Assembly: GCA_000002445.1 (NCBI GenBank)
Contig: CP000066.1
Location: forward strand, 704,001 to 768,000
Direction: 5' to 3'
DNA: 64,000 bases
Source: Trypanosoma brucei
Lineage: Eukaryota
The translations under genes and the position numbers were made by a program. The notes under the pieces were generated by a model, which did not search any database, was not told where the DNA came from, and saw only the letters and a program-made list of their open reading frames with translations. Of this stretch, positions 10,901-20,156 are shown one piece after another (positions within the stretch are counted from its first letter, which is position 1; the number at the start of each line of letters is the position of its first letter).

Positions 10901-11342
10901 CACCGTGGAGCAGTGTGAGAAGCGTCTCATCACAATCCTCATGCATGTTCAAATCAAGGTCAGCGCACGAACCCACATTAACACAAACAATGGAAGAACG
11001 ACGGCAAAGTCCTCTTGAAGTTTGTCCACCACCAACACACGGTGGCGCCTTGTCCCCTACTGTTGTACAAACCAGTCCCCGCTGCTGAAGCGCAAGCATA
11101 TTTTCTTCAAAGGAGGCGACTGCCAGACGGTTATCGGTACTTTGGTCCATTATCCCTGCATAATAGGGACGATGGCCATTGCACCGTAGGAACAACCGCT
11201 GCGCATCTTCCCAGCGGCACGCCGCCTCGCAGTTAATCGGCAGTGCGTACAACGCCTCCAATTGTTGTGTGATCAAGGAACGATTTACCCGTGACGACGA
11301 AGGCTGCAAGACACGCTCCAGTTGAGCCCATGCTTTCTTCAT
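7932..11342 (-). CDS. hypothetical protein (about 1136 aa)
   Basis: The ORF track starts at a GTG (11351). The first ATG is at 11342 (MKKAWAQLERV...). A strong coding-strand PPT lies at 11382-11458, with (GGAGA)n on the plus strand. No confident domain assignment. Confidence 0.6.
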   Translation of the reverse strand: MKKAWAQLERVLQPSSSRVNRSLITQQLEALYALPINCEAACRWEDAQRLFLRCNGHRPYYAGIMDQSTDNRLAVASFEENMLALQQRGLVCTTVGDKAPPCVGGGQTSRGLCRRSSIVCVNVGSCADLDLNMHEDCDETLLTLLHGVVVPYLHFRIVYGAGVSPPLVPRAPGPAICGASHDLSLQNELHIDSCVALLHPRGLCSSNCNNKAYRTAATLVRGAVSLATSDTLLHQRQDGCFTLHPDAMKLGSPRLFALQLWWNKEVGPLIQRGVEQSVKTDEVLSGAWIEVARKRVEELVERGGDDLPQPLRNMTRDDVAAFAADATLCWTLSAFDCNYKRLGPAQPACRLQFSEEARLSMALELMQTVKASLVKQPTGIPISELSATVCWPAASAWIGEKSLTEALTQFPAHFNVVNVEGKLVVMHGHLTGPSDNVTAEEVSEWLAAGHSEGLQKPCVAASPSDLTFHRETDLVVRAVAFLRKRHFGNVPVTYGELCGALLPKNNGKNDGDSDTLLNVLLRYDVLAADTAKGDSSINIQCGLRDGDAVRLSVREDRALRAFEAFRTTSRSAFQLYTEAIEPFFTCCRGAMRENGSCVVPLTLLERWLQVERLSLQSKELLDILRSAEGPYRIDEELCNVVLTNHTAKGEVLTPAFSLPATPPPPPPPAVSSRLTFEAQISRVLKTQRPDRLLHFVQTILHAVFDLILPHVSAPSGVPVRRLMRRIRWGSFVVTLGSLTSFVEAFDGLFFEVLSNASSHGEEKRDDVDLIVSAYKGPVSPWLLYARLIVRLFPADVDIPLGLIAEALSWSSRFAPMFGDLPSLLRRVGRQCRNGQLLAKVEMVRPVCDQDDACLWELLAKIRREAHLHHLERGSGETGQYVLLSETELYAYLPNDVKGERWNSTVKEEGARCLATTAVHRLPHFFEWHVDNTDTTTRYVRVVLPFSTPPTGVVCFVEEYVCPLLRQHKQTTIAELDEQLGWSHGAFDAHPAGSQAAGGTPSATSLCGLLRRYVESMHSPKIILEPQETTLSPLHHHVHVMPNPAVYTSPEDMLLLLNGLRISNEGITRVLPTHKPVSLFELISQQLDLHQPFREGLTTLERGSRWNVMLACESDSMDDCLQELDNCTGDILVWCEG

Positions 11343-11381
11343 GGAACACACCGCTAAACACTACTTATAATGGGCGATTTC

Positions 11382-11458
11382 AAAAAAAAAAAGGAAGGAG
11401 GAGGAAAGGAGAGGAGAGGAGAGGAGAGGAGAGAAGGAAAAGAAGGGGGAAAAAAAAG
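11382..11458 (-). promoter_or_regulatory. polypyrimidine tract (coding strand) plus presumed trans-splice acceptor region for the downstream gene (7932-11342)
   Basis: Plus-strand A-run then (GGAGA)n gives about 75 nt of uninterrupted pyrimidines on the minus strand, 40-115 nt upstream of the first ATG. Confidence 0.6.
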
Positions 11459-12117
11459 TACAACCATGTTTCGAAGGCCACAACGCTTCAGTTGTTCTTT
11501 TTTTTTTGCGTATGCGCGCGTACGTGTTGCTTGTACAATCACGGGTGTGGAAATCCCAACCCGCTTAATCACACCTTTCCCCTTTTCTTGCACTCTCAAC
11601 TCCCAACTGCTCTTTCCCCTCAGTCTTTCATTATTCTTCACAGTCAATTTAAGCTTCGTGAAGGTGTATTCGCGCATGCTCTCAGCCTCATCCCTTCTCT
11701 CCGCAAAAGTCCGCACAAATAAATTACAAACAATTTACAGCACACTGTCGCATCCCCCCACACAGTATTAGGAGCAGTAGCTCCTGCATTTATTCGTAAC
11801 CTCCAGCCCACACCACCCAAGAGAGAGAAAAAAAAGATTCGTGCATAGATGAGACAGTAGGAGTTAACAACATCAGAGGCACAAACGTTTATGGCTTTGA
11901 AGCGACGCCATCATATCGGCTCACATGCACACATTCCTGAGCGCACTAGCGCTGCAAAATGGGCCACGGCACCGACGTATATCATTCAACATACCTCTCA
12001 CCTTTAACCGGTGTATGCGCATCGAAGAATAAATCGAAAAACAAAAAAGAAAAGAACAAAAGAACAAAAAAACAAAAAAGAAGAGGATTTAAAAAAAAAA
12101 CTAGACATAAATGTACC

Positions 12118-15100
12118 TCACACCGCCGATGATGCGTAGCCCACCTCAACAGCGTGCCAGAGAGCCTGCAAATGCAACGCCACACCGTCATCGGAAACGC
12201 TCCCAGGCACCACAAAATGGTCCAGTCGTTGGCAGAAAGCAAAAACACCGAGCACGCCAAGGAACGACTTCCCCACCCCTCCGCCAACTTGCCGCGTGGC
12301 TCTCACACCATTTGGTCCTTTATCATTCATGGCTGAAACATTTACACCGAGTGCGAGGCACAACTCTTCCAATACCTGGGCTGGCAACACCCGCTGCAAA
12401 AGGAGGATATCTGCAGACCGGCGAATATTTTGCTTTACCCACATTCGGCTTCCAGGGTGGGACGGGATTGCGGCAGGGCACTGCTTTGCAACCTCGCCAT
12501 CCAACAGAGGCATCAGCACCAGATCTGCAAGTAACTCGCCTAACGCTGCTCGTAATTCCCCCTGGGAAGACTCGTTGGCTGAGCGGCGGAAGTTGGAGCT
12601 TGAGATTGCTCCCGCACTATCATTCAACTTTCGGTCATTATCTTCTTGCTGCTTATGAAGCCGTCGCTCCAGCACGTGTGGTGCAAGTAAAATCAACTCG
12701 TCATCTTCCGTCAACGGCGGAACAATAAAGGCAAACAAGTGCACTAAGAAGGATATCCAAAGCCGCAGTAATCCGAGCGGCTGAACTTGAAAACCAAACA
12801 CCATATGATGGATAACCCTCACAAGGATACGAAAGACAACAATATCTTCCGTTGTGCAAAACGTAGCCTGCCGACCGAGGTAATCGCTCTCACTCTCACT
12901 CAAAAGCTTTATTTGCTGTTCCCACTCCGTGCGGAGCCGCAACAATTCCTGCGACAACGTGCGGAACACAGACATGAGCAGCAGCGTCCCACAAGGTGCG
13001 GGGAACTGTACCGGCACATCGCGGCGTAAAATATCCTCCATCGCGTCAACCACCGTTCCCCCATCGGTATCCTCCCTTTCAGAAACCAACAGAGAGAGAA
13101 AGGGATCACCCGTGCAATCACCGAATATCTCTGATGCTATATCTTCCGGCGTTCGCTGCCCGCTGACAACTTCGGAAAGCAGTTGGTACAATTCGGATGC
13201 TGCCCCCTCAGAGCCAAATGAATCCCGCAACCTTGTGCCTAATATCCCGAACAGAAGGAGCCGTATCCTCAAACCGCGCAAATTCCACGGTATTGACATA
13301 AACCCAGACGTAACAAGCAAAATCATGCACTGTTGCCGCTCCTGCCTGTCAACAAAAAACGCATCTGTTTCATCCGTTGTGGCATTTTCCTCCACAGCCG
13401 TCACGTCTTCCTCATCCTCCTCCCCACCCTCACCCTCACCCTGAGGACTGCAAAGGATTGACAGGATTGGGAGAAGAGTACACTTCAATACCTCATGTCC
13501 CTGTATGTTTGTCCTTCCTGCGCGGCTAAATAGTGCGAAAACACCGTGAAGAAGACACATAACTAAAAAGCTATTTTCCCTAAGCGCATTCACAACTCGT
13601 GTGTGCACGTACTGGGTGTGCCACTGCATCAACTCATCCCGCAACTTAACCTCACTCGCCTTCTCCCCAGGTAAAAGGGATGCAATTGAGCCTTCCAAAG
13701 CATCGTGTCCCTTGTAAAGGATCATATCATGTAGCTGACGAAGAAGCGAGACAAACTCCCCTTGCTTCACAGGCGATAGAATCGAAAAGCAGCTCGGATG
13801 GTAGACACAGAAAAAGAATTCAACCATATACGATAGCCAAGTAGACCCGCCGTCCATAGCGTGTTTGCCTTCATCCTCACGCGGACGCTTGCCGGCAGAG
13901 AAAAAATATTTCTGTGAAGCCGACAAGTGCTCTATGTGCTGCTCCACCAGCTGGCGGTGACACCGCTGAATAGAGGAAATAACGGACTCCGAGACTGCAG
14001 GTACAGCCGTCAGCGGCACATCCTCTACGGCCATTTGCCCATGAACGAAGCACCGCACGACACGCACAGCGTTCCCCCATGCTGTGGCTGCTTCCTTCTT
14101 TACCCACTCCTTAATGACGATGTTGACGGAAAGCGCCGGTGGCAGATGACCAGGGGCTGATTCCGCTTCCAAAGTACACCTCCAGAAGAAGGGTTGATGG
14201 CAGGTCACGGTGTGGACTGATGCAAAGGAGTTACTGGCCGGATCACCACCTGCAAGCAGGCGCATGGAAAGGTAATCCCGCAGATTTGATTGAAGCTTTT
14301 CGAAAAACATGCGGCGCGCGCGCAAATGTATGCGATCGGTAATAGTAGTAGTAGTAGCAGTATCAGTATTAGAAGATGCCGAAGACGAAGATACAGAGGG
14401 AGGTGCGGCAAGTAACGCATGAGCCCCCTTGTAACCTGTGATGAGCAGCATCAAAAAGAGCCACTGTGTTTCGCTCAGCGCCGCCTCCACATCCACCTCA
14501 CACCGCTGAAAAAATGAACCGATTTCTCTCCATACTAGTGCCACCACACTATCGACGACACGGACCACCTCCTCATTCATGCGGACACCACCGGTTGGAA
14601 GGGCCCCGCCCCTCGCTGACATTCCACATACAACGTAATGCACGCCCTCCACCAGACGCTGGATACTATTACGGATAATGCAATCCATCACGATGCATAT
14701 TCCACGAAATGATCCGGCCCCTCGAACCACACCCTCTAGTTCGTTTATCAACACCTCGTACTGTCGAGCCTCCGCCTTGTCGTACTTGGATAGGTCCCAC
14801 AACTCAGGCCCGCCGGAAGCATCTTCGGGGATGGGGTGCCTTTGCTCTAACATATTTAAAGAGCACAACTCCCTTTCTATCGCATTTACGATCGCTTCGA
14901 GCAGGAACGTGCCGCCCAACTCGTCACACCCCTCGCTACACCAGCACCGAAGCAATGGTCCTAGGAGAGTTTGACGCCAGTACGGAATTTCTGCCATCCG
15001 CAAGAATGTCGAGTAGAGCATTCGGCCCTTTTCTCCCTTAGGCACACACAACAGAGAAGTTTCATTTTTTGCAGAAGTTGACGCTCCAGTATCGGACGAA

Positions 15101-15426
15101 CTCGCCTCAGGGGCAAGATATTTGCAGAGCTCTGTGAGGTAGGACTCCTGCACAACGGGATCCGTTGCAGAAGAAGAAATACACTTTTGTTCACTATTAG
15201 CGGTTTTACCAACTTTTGTCTGCCCTGACGCTACGTCAACAATGGTGTTCGATAAGCAGGTCAGTAACCTACACGTCTGTGCAGGGCCGCGGAGGCAGCT
15301 GAGGAAGTTAACCTTCCACTGGGCGTCACTGCACTGCCCTCCATTTCCCGTATCTGAGCTTTTAACTTTTACCTCTACCCCACCGCCGGGATCTTTTTGT
15401 TGCGGCGCTGGCGAGAACACATACAT
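12118..15426 (-). CDS. hypothetical protein (1102 aa), largely alpha-helical-looking
   Basis: ATG-initiated (cat 15424-15426). The coding-strand PPT is about 15510-15600 upstream. Coding-like composition throughout. A (TAG)n run on the plus strand at about 14340-14360 encodes a Thr-rich patch. Confidence 0.6.
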   Translation of the reverse strand: MYVFSPAPQQKDPGGGVEVKVKSSDTGNGGQCSDAQWKVNFLSCLRGPAQTCRLLTCLSNTIVDVASGQTKVGKTANSEQKCISSSATDPVVQESYLTELCKYLAPEASSSDTGASTSAKNETSLLCVPKGEKGRMLYSTFLRMAEIPYWRQTLLGPLLRCWCSEGCDELGGTFLLEAIVNAIERELCSLNMLEQRHPIPEDASGGPELWDLSKYDKAEARQYEVLINELEGVVRGAGSFRGICIVMDCIIRNSIQRLVEGVHYVVCGMSARGGALPTGGVRMNEEVVRVVDSVVALVWREIGSFFQRCEVDVEAALSETQWLFLMLLITGYKGAHALLAAPPSVSSSSASSNTDTATTTTITDRIHLRARRMFFEKLQSNLRDYLSMRLLAGGDPASNSFASVHTVTCHQPFFWRCTLEAESAPGHLPPALSVNIVIKEWVKKEAATAWGNAVRVVRCFVHGQMAVEDVPLTAVPAVSESVISSIQRCHRQLVEQHIEHLSASQKYFFSAGKRPREDEGKHAMDGGSTWLSYMVEFFFCVYHPSCFSILSPVKQGEFVSLLRQLHDMILYKGHDALEGSIASLLPGEKASEVKLRDELMQWHTQYVHTRVVNALRENSFLVMCLLHGVFALFSRAGRTNIQGHEVLKCTLLPILSILCSPQGEGEGGEEDEEDVTAVEENATTDETDAFFVDRQERQQCMILLVTSGFMSIPWNLRGLRIRLLLFGILGTRLRDSFGSEGAASELYQLLSEVVSGQRTPEDIASEIFGDCTGDPFLSLLVSEREDTDGGTVVDAMEDILRRDVPVQFPAPCGTLLLMSVFRTLSQELLRLRTEWEQQIKLLSESESDYLGRQATFCTTEDIVVFRILVRVIHHMVFGFQVQPLGLLRLWISFLVHLFAFIVPPLTEDDELILLAPHVLERRLHKQQEDNDRKLNDSAGAISSSNFRRSANESSQGELRAALGELLADLVLMPLLDGEVAKQCPAAIPSHPGSRMWVKQNIRRSADILLLQRVLPAQVLEELCLALGVNVSAMNDKGPNGVRATRQVGGGVGKSFLGVLGVFAFCQRLDHFVVPGSVSDDGVALHLQALWHAVEVGYASSAV

Positions 15427-15689
15427 CCAACCACCACCCAGGCGGTGTAGATGTAATGTCCCTTCGGATTGCGTCCACCTGCGCTGTAATACACATCAAC
15501 ACGTATACATACACAAAGAGAGCAAAGAAAAATAATAACAAGGACAGAAAAGGAAGGGAAGAAAGATACGAAAGATGAAACTAAGAGGAGGGATGCAGCA
15601 AATAAATGTGCATTTATTTCAAGCAGAAATGCAGCCACTTAGATGCCACAAATTATTGCAGTAAGAAAGAAAGAGCATGTGTGTAATGT

Positions 15690-15760
15690 GTGTGGGTGTG
15701 GGTGTGGGTGTAGGTGTGTGTGCGTGTGCGTGTGTGCGTGCGTGATTGGGTGCATCAGTG
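15690..15760. repeat. GT-rich (GTGTGG)n-like repeat with several GGG runs
   Basis: gtgtgggtgtgggtgtgggtgtaggtgtgtgtgcgtgtgcgtgtgtgcgtgcgtg in the spacer between the 12118-15426 and 16110-19544 genes. Confidence 0.9.
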
Positions 15761-16109
15761 CGAGTATGCGCATGCAGTGCGCACACCCAGTGCATCCCAC
15801 ACCTTCAACAGGCCGGGAGGCAGCACAAAAACAGCAAATAATTAAAACAGTTACGACAACGAGAAAGGGAAAATGGGCGGCTAAGAGCTTGAGTCCTAGC
15901 CACATGCAAAAGTGAACATACACACACACGCACAAACACGTGTCTATACAAGTACGGTTGTATATTTGGGTGTATATAATAATGCTATCTATGGGTCCAA
16001 CAACAGTAACAAGTGAAATACCTCTTTGCTACAAGGTCTTACTACTGTTGGAAAGGTAGTGCCGTCATAAACTACAAGACACTTCTTTATCAAATTACCC
16101 ATGACCTCG

Positions 16110-19100
16110 TCAACGGCGCACACGCCATGCCTCTATATGCTCAAACTTCTCCCACTCACAGGTCATAAACTCAGTAACCTCATCCACGTATCGATATAAG
16201 GATCTCTCCTTCTTCTCTTCTATGAGCAGTACAATGTACCGCAAACATGTTTTTGCATCTCCGATGAGACGAATACAGTTCAGCGTTTCCCTCCTCTTAA
16301 CCTCCACATCGTTATTATGGCCACTGCCTCCCACTTTTCTTCCCCCTGCTGCCTCACAGGCATCCGGCATGTTACTCTCATCCACTCGTGTGCAATTCAA
16401 CTCCTCTGGGGTAAAGGCGTAGTGTTCCACAACCTCTAGTGGCACCTCCGTGTCTAATAGCATACCGCTATTTTTAATTATTCCCGCACATTGCTGTCGT
16501 TCTTGCAAAAACGATTTATGCAACAAATCCTTGTCACAACCTTGAGCCGTAAGAGCCTGTCGCTGTGTTGCAATAAGAACAACAACGGTTTGAAGTGCTT
16601 GTTGGACGGCCTCAGCATCTTCGTGAAGCTGTTCAACCCACTCATCACATGCCTGCTTACACTGCAGAGCAGCAGGATTTGTAGACGGGTAAAATGGCGG
16701 GGGAGAGAGAATCGAATGCGATTGATTTGACCCCCTGCTATGCCTGGTATCCTCCGACTTGGGGGTTGAGGAATCGACAGCTCGACGCTTAGGTGTTGTT
16801 GCACCAACTAATATTGCCTTGGTGGGCGTTCGCTGGGAAGAAGGCGAAAAGACACGGGGGCCTTGCACACTTGCCTTCTGTAAAGAAGGCGCCACCTTTT
16901 GTTGCCGCCCTCCCGCAATGGAGTTACGTTCATCCACCTCTGGTGTCAGTCTGCCCATATCACTCAAGAATCGTTTGGCAATCGTCGAGATGGCTTGTTT
17001 GTCGTTCGCATGGCCACGGATTGGTGAAAGTTTATATGAACCTCCCCCTCGACTCACTCTCCCCCTCTCCGGCGTCCTAGTGCACGCTTCCTGTTTGGAT
17101 CGTGCAATGCTAGTGGGTTCACTTCCACATTTGCGTGTTTCCATTCTCCCACGGAGCTGCACCCATTGCCTGTGATTAAGCGATTCGTCCCGGCGGACTC
17201 CCACATGACGACACTTTTCCTCGTCGCGCTCCTCCAAAGCGCCACGGTGGGAACCCTTGCCTGCAGACTGAGGACCAACAGAAGCTCCCCTTCTTTGTGC
17301 CCAAACTTTGACTGGGGTACGGCACGCGCTGCCATCCGGCTGATCAGCCCGCCGCGGGGTTGTATTCCCCTCCTCCATCACATAAACAGTGACTTCTGCC
17401 TCGTTGTCCTCCAACTCCTCCCCCTTGTCCGGACTGCGCATCGATGGTGAATCCACAGAAACGCTTGTACTCCTCCCTGTGTTTGTGACTGCTCCATCGT
17501 ACGACTGTTGCACACTCGCCAGGCGTTCCGCCAGTACGTCCTCCAAATACTTCTTCGAGTCTATGGCGAGCTTCTTCAGCAACTCATTGTGAAGCGGTAC
17601 CCCTTTCCTGGTAGAGGCACGGCGCTGTCGTTCCTTCGTCTCTTCTTCACTTTTTCGCTGCATTTCCATGGCCCTCGTTGCACGAGACATTTTCAAACTG
17701 TCACTATAACCTGTTTTCCCACCAATCGTCACCCCACGCGTAAGTAAATGCATATAACTTCCACACTGGGAGGAGCGCCCGTCCCCTTTATGAGTAGACG
17801 TAGATGCGCCGCCTCGGCCAGTAGCAGCGCTTACAGGCTCACTACTGTCCCACGTCTTGCTGTTTTCGATTTGCGAACTCCACCCACCCCCTTGCGCGAA
17901 TGTAAGGCGGATTCCGTCAATGAATTGTAGCGAGGGGCAGAGGTTACGGAGCATGGGTCGGAAGCAGTTCTGTATACGTTCCATAACGGGGTTCCCACGC
18001 AACATCAAATGTTGTAGCCCTTTGGTGAGAGACAACGGCCGAATTGATGCCTGTGTCTCAAGTCTGTTGTACGACAAGTCGAGAGTCTCCAGTAAAATAA
18101 GATGTGCGATCCCACCCACGAACTCAATTTCGTTTCCACCCAAGAACAAGTGGGATAAGGAAAGGTTGTTCTCAAGACCCGTCATGGAGCAGATACGGTT
18201 ATGACGAGCGTTGAGAAGGGTGAGCATTCGGCACTTCTCCAAACCGCTAATCTTACGCAGCTCGTTCTCACTCACGTCCAGACGTAGGAGCGAAGGAGGC
18301 AGCGGTTCTAGGGATTTCAAGCCGTTGCGACTGAGGCAAAGGACCGTCACCGACCGAAAAGATGCACCCGCTCGGGGAGCCGTCGCTACGCGCGGGCCTC
18401 TGTCCTCAGGGCTGCTATCGGGTCCCTGAGAGCTCTTAGCCCTCACCACACTCCAAATATCATCTGTGTCGTACAGCGTGCGCAGCTTTCCAGTTGAAAC
18501 AGAATCTGTCAGATCCATGACAGATGTCAGAAGTGGACTAAGATTTTCAGTAAGATCAACACGAAACTCGTCGTCCCTGACAGAGGATGATCTATAGTGT
18601 TGCTTTTCCTTCGGTACGCTCCGGGCTGGAGTGCCTCGCACCTCGCAACTTCCGGCCCTCTTCTCACCATTACCCATACGTACACCAGCAGAGGATTGTC
18701 TCTGCAACTTATTACCACCAGCTTTGCACGTTTCTGGAGGGAGCCGGGGGGGAGTGCAACTGCCTTTCGCCTGATTCTCCCGCCCTTGTTTACTTCCCCC
18801 TCGCTTTCCACCTCGTGATGTCCCCGAGGGTAACCCCGTGGACACACGTTTCATCGGTGAGCCCGACACCAATTCATTGCATGACTCATCGCTCACAACA
18901 CAAGCATCAGTGGAGGCTGCGGGAGTCACACTACCGGAGGCACTGGATGGCCTCTCCGAGCCGAGCAACGCGTGCCGTCGCTTCTCGAGAGCCATCGAGT
19001 CAACACCACGGCATGAAGAAGCGCTCTGCGTTTGGATAGACGAAAGCGAGCAGGCACTCACAGGCTCACTACTTGGGCGGCCTCCACCAGCAGTCGTAAC

Positions 19101-19544
19101 ATCCAACTTCACAACACAGGGAGAGGATGACTGAACACGAACCTCTTCGATACGCTGGGCTGCGGCGGCTGTGATGCTATTCGCCCGAATATCCATGTAT
19201 AACAAAGGCGGAGAACAGCGCGAAACAAGGAGTGACAAGTGGGTAACGCAATTGTCCGTTAGAGAGTTTTGGTTCAGTGTTAGCGCCCAGCGGCTGATAC
19301 CGTGGACGCGAAGCATGGCAGTGGTGCCGAGCTTTATTAGAGCCTCTGCCGCTGCAATAACCTCCCTGTCTCCTAGGCCAAGGCCGTTCAGTGCAAGATG
19401 CGCTCCTGAGCCATCCAAACGTACACACTGGGCACACTTACTGGCAAATGCGGCTGCTTGAGATACACCTTGCCGACACAGTTCAACACGTAGCGAATCC
19501 CTGAAGATGGCCGTGAAGGATGACGGCGTATCGTCGCGAACCAT
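16110..19544 (-). CDS. leucine-rich repeat protein (1144 aa) with an N-terminal ribonuclease-inhibitor (RI)-like LRR block and a central SDS22-like LRR block
   Basis: ATG at 19544. The SDS22-type repeats are LxxLxLsxNxLxxIxgL, for example LCLSRNGLKSLEPLPPSLLRLDVSENELRKISGLEKCRMLTLLNARHNRICSMTGLENNLSLSHLFLGGNEIEFV and LETLDLSYNRL. The N-terminal RI-like repeats include ALTLNQNSLTDNCVTHLSLLV. Confidence 0.7.
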   Translation of the reverse strand: MVRDDTPSSFTAIFRDSLRVELCRQGVSQAAAFASKCAQCVRLDGSGAHLALNGLGLGDREVIAAAEALIKLGTTAMLRVHGISRWALTLNQNSLTDNCVTHLSLLVSRCSPPLLYMDIRANSITAAAAQRIEEVRVQSSSPCVVKLDVTTAGGGRPSSEPVSACSLSSIQTQSASSCRGVDSMALEKRRHALLGSERPSSASGSVTPAASTDACVVSDESCNELVSGSPMKRVSTGLPSGTSRGGKRGGSKQGRENQAKGSCTPPRLPPETCKAGGNKLQRQSSAGVRMGNGEKRAGSCEVRGTPARSVPKEKQHYRSSSVRDDEFRVDLTENLSPLLTSVMDLTDSVSTGKLRTLYDTDDIWSVVRAKSSQGPDSSPEDRGPRVATAPRAGASFRSVTVLCLSRNGLKSLEPLPPSLLRLDVSENELRKISGLEKCRMLTLLNARHNRICSMTGLENNLSLSHLFLGGNEIEFVGGIAHLILLETLDLSYNRLETQASIRPLSLTKGLQHLMLRGNPVMERIQNCFRPMLRNLCPSLQFIDGIRLTFAQGGGWSSQIENSKTWDSSEPVSAATGRGGASTSTHKGDGRSSQCGSYMHLLTRGVTIGGKTGYSDSLKMSRATRAMEMQRKSEEETKERQRRASTRKGVPLHNELLKKLAIDSKKYLEDVLAERLASVQQSYDGAVTNTGRSTSVSVDSPSMRSPDKGEELEDNEAEVTVYVMEEGNTTPRRADQPDGSACRTPVKVWAQRRGASVGPQSAGKGSHRGALEERDEEKCRHVGVRRDESLNHRQWVQLRGRMETRKCGSEPTSIARSKQEACTRTPERGRVSRGGGSYKLSPIRGHANDKQAISTIAKRFLSDMGRLTPEVDERNSIAGGRQQKVAPSLQKASVQGPRVFSPSSQRTPTKAILVGATTPKRRAVDSSTPKSEDTRHSRGSNQSHSILSPPPFYPSTNPAALQCKQACDEWVEQLHEDAEAVQQALQTVVVLIATQRQALTAQGCDKDLLHKSFLQERQQCAGIIKNSGMLLDTEVPLEVVEHYAFTPEELNCTRVDESNMPDACEAAGGRKVGGSGHNNDVEVKRRETLNCIRLIGDAKTCLRYIVLLIEEKKERSLYRYVDEVTEFMTCEWEKFEHIEAWRVRR

Positions 19545-20156
19545 TTTTATAAAAACTACCGAAGCTGAGCACCTTATACAAAATAATAATATATATCTCT
19601 ATACTTAGCTTATATATAAATATATATGTGTCCTGGTGCCTTGCCACTGCGCCACAGAAATGAGAAGAAGATGGTCCAGCGAGTTTGTGTCACCACACAA
19701 CAGCAATGAATATGGCAAAAACGGGACTGCAAGAGTCGGAAAGCAAGTGATTAAGAGGATGCTAAAGTGGAAAAATGGTGCCATCAAATATGATGGCGAG
19801 GAAAAGTACGTGACCAAGCATCCCTCACACGAGCTAGATACAAATACACAAATAGAGAGAGAACATTCGCACAGCAGCGAAAAAATGATGACGGCACGAG
19901 ATTTTCGTTTTTGTGTACAAGCTTCTGCTCCCATTTTCCACCCATGGTGATTGTGAGAAACGATGGAAAAATTACAGAATGCAAAAGCGTCCCCAGCTAT
20001 GACTCAACATTCGAAAGAAAAAATATCGCTTCATGGCAAATAGGGGAAAAAGCGAATGATCCAACGAAATCTCAAAGATAAAAACCATTTACAGCGAGCA
20101 AAAAAAGTACGTGCACCACAACGGTAACTAAGCTGTGCCAGCTCGTGACTCACAAC

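Noticed and set aside
7932-11342. Possible nucleotidyltransferase (TUTase/PAP-like) motif GSCADLDL in the 1136-aa hypothetical protein
   Set aside because: The Gly-Ser to Asp-x-Asp spacing is only 3 residues, far shorter than the 9-13 of Pol-beta-type NTases, and no flanking helical-turn motif is present. Resemblance judged coincidental.
12111-12728. Plus-strand ORF of 205 aa
   Set aside because: Entirely antisense to the 1102-aa minus-strand gene. Pro/Arg-rich frame-shadow composition typical of the antisense strand of GC-rich coding DNA.
19636-19950. Plus-strand 104-aa ORF in the spacer between the LRR gene and the membrane glycoprotein gene
   Set aside because: No upstream PPT on the plus strand, an AT-rich non-coding-like composition, and it would be the only plus-strand gene in a uniformly minus-strand unit.
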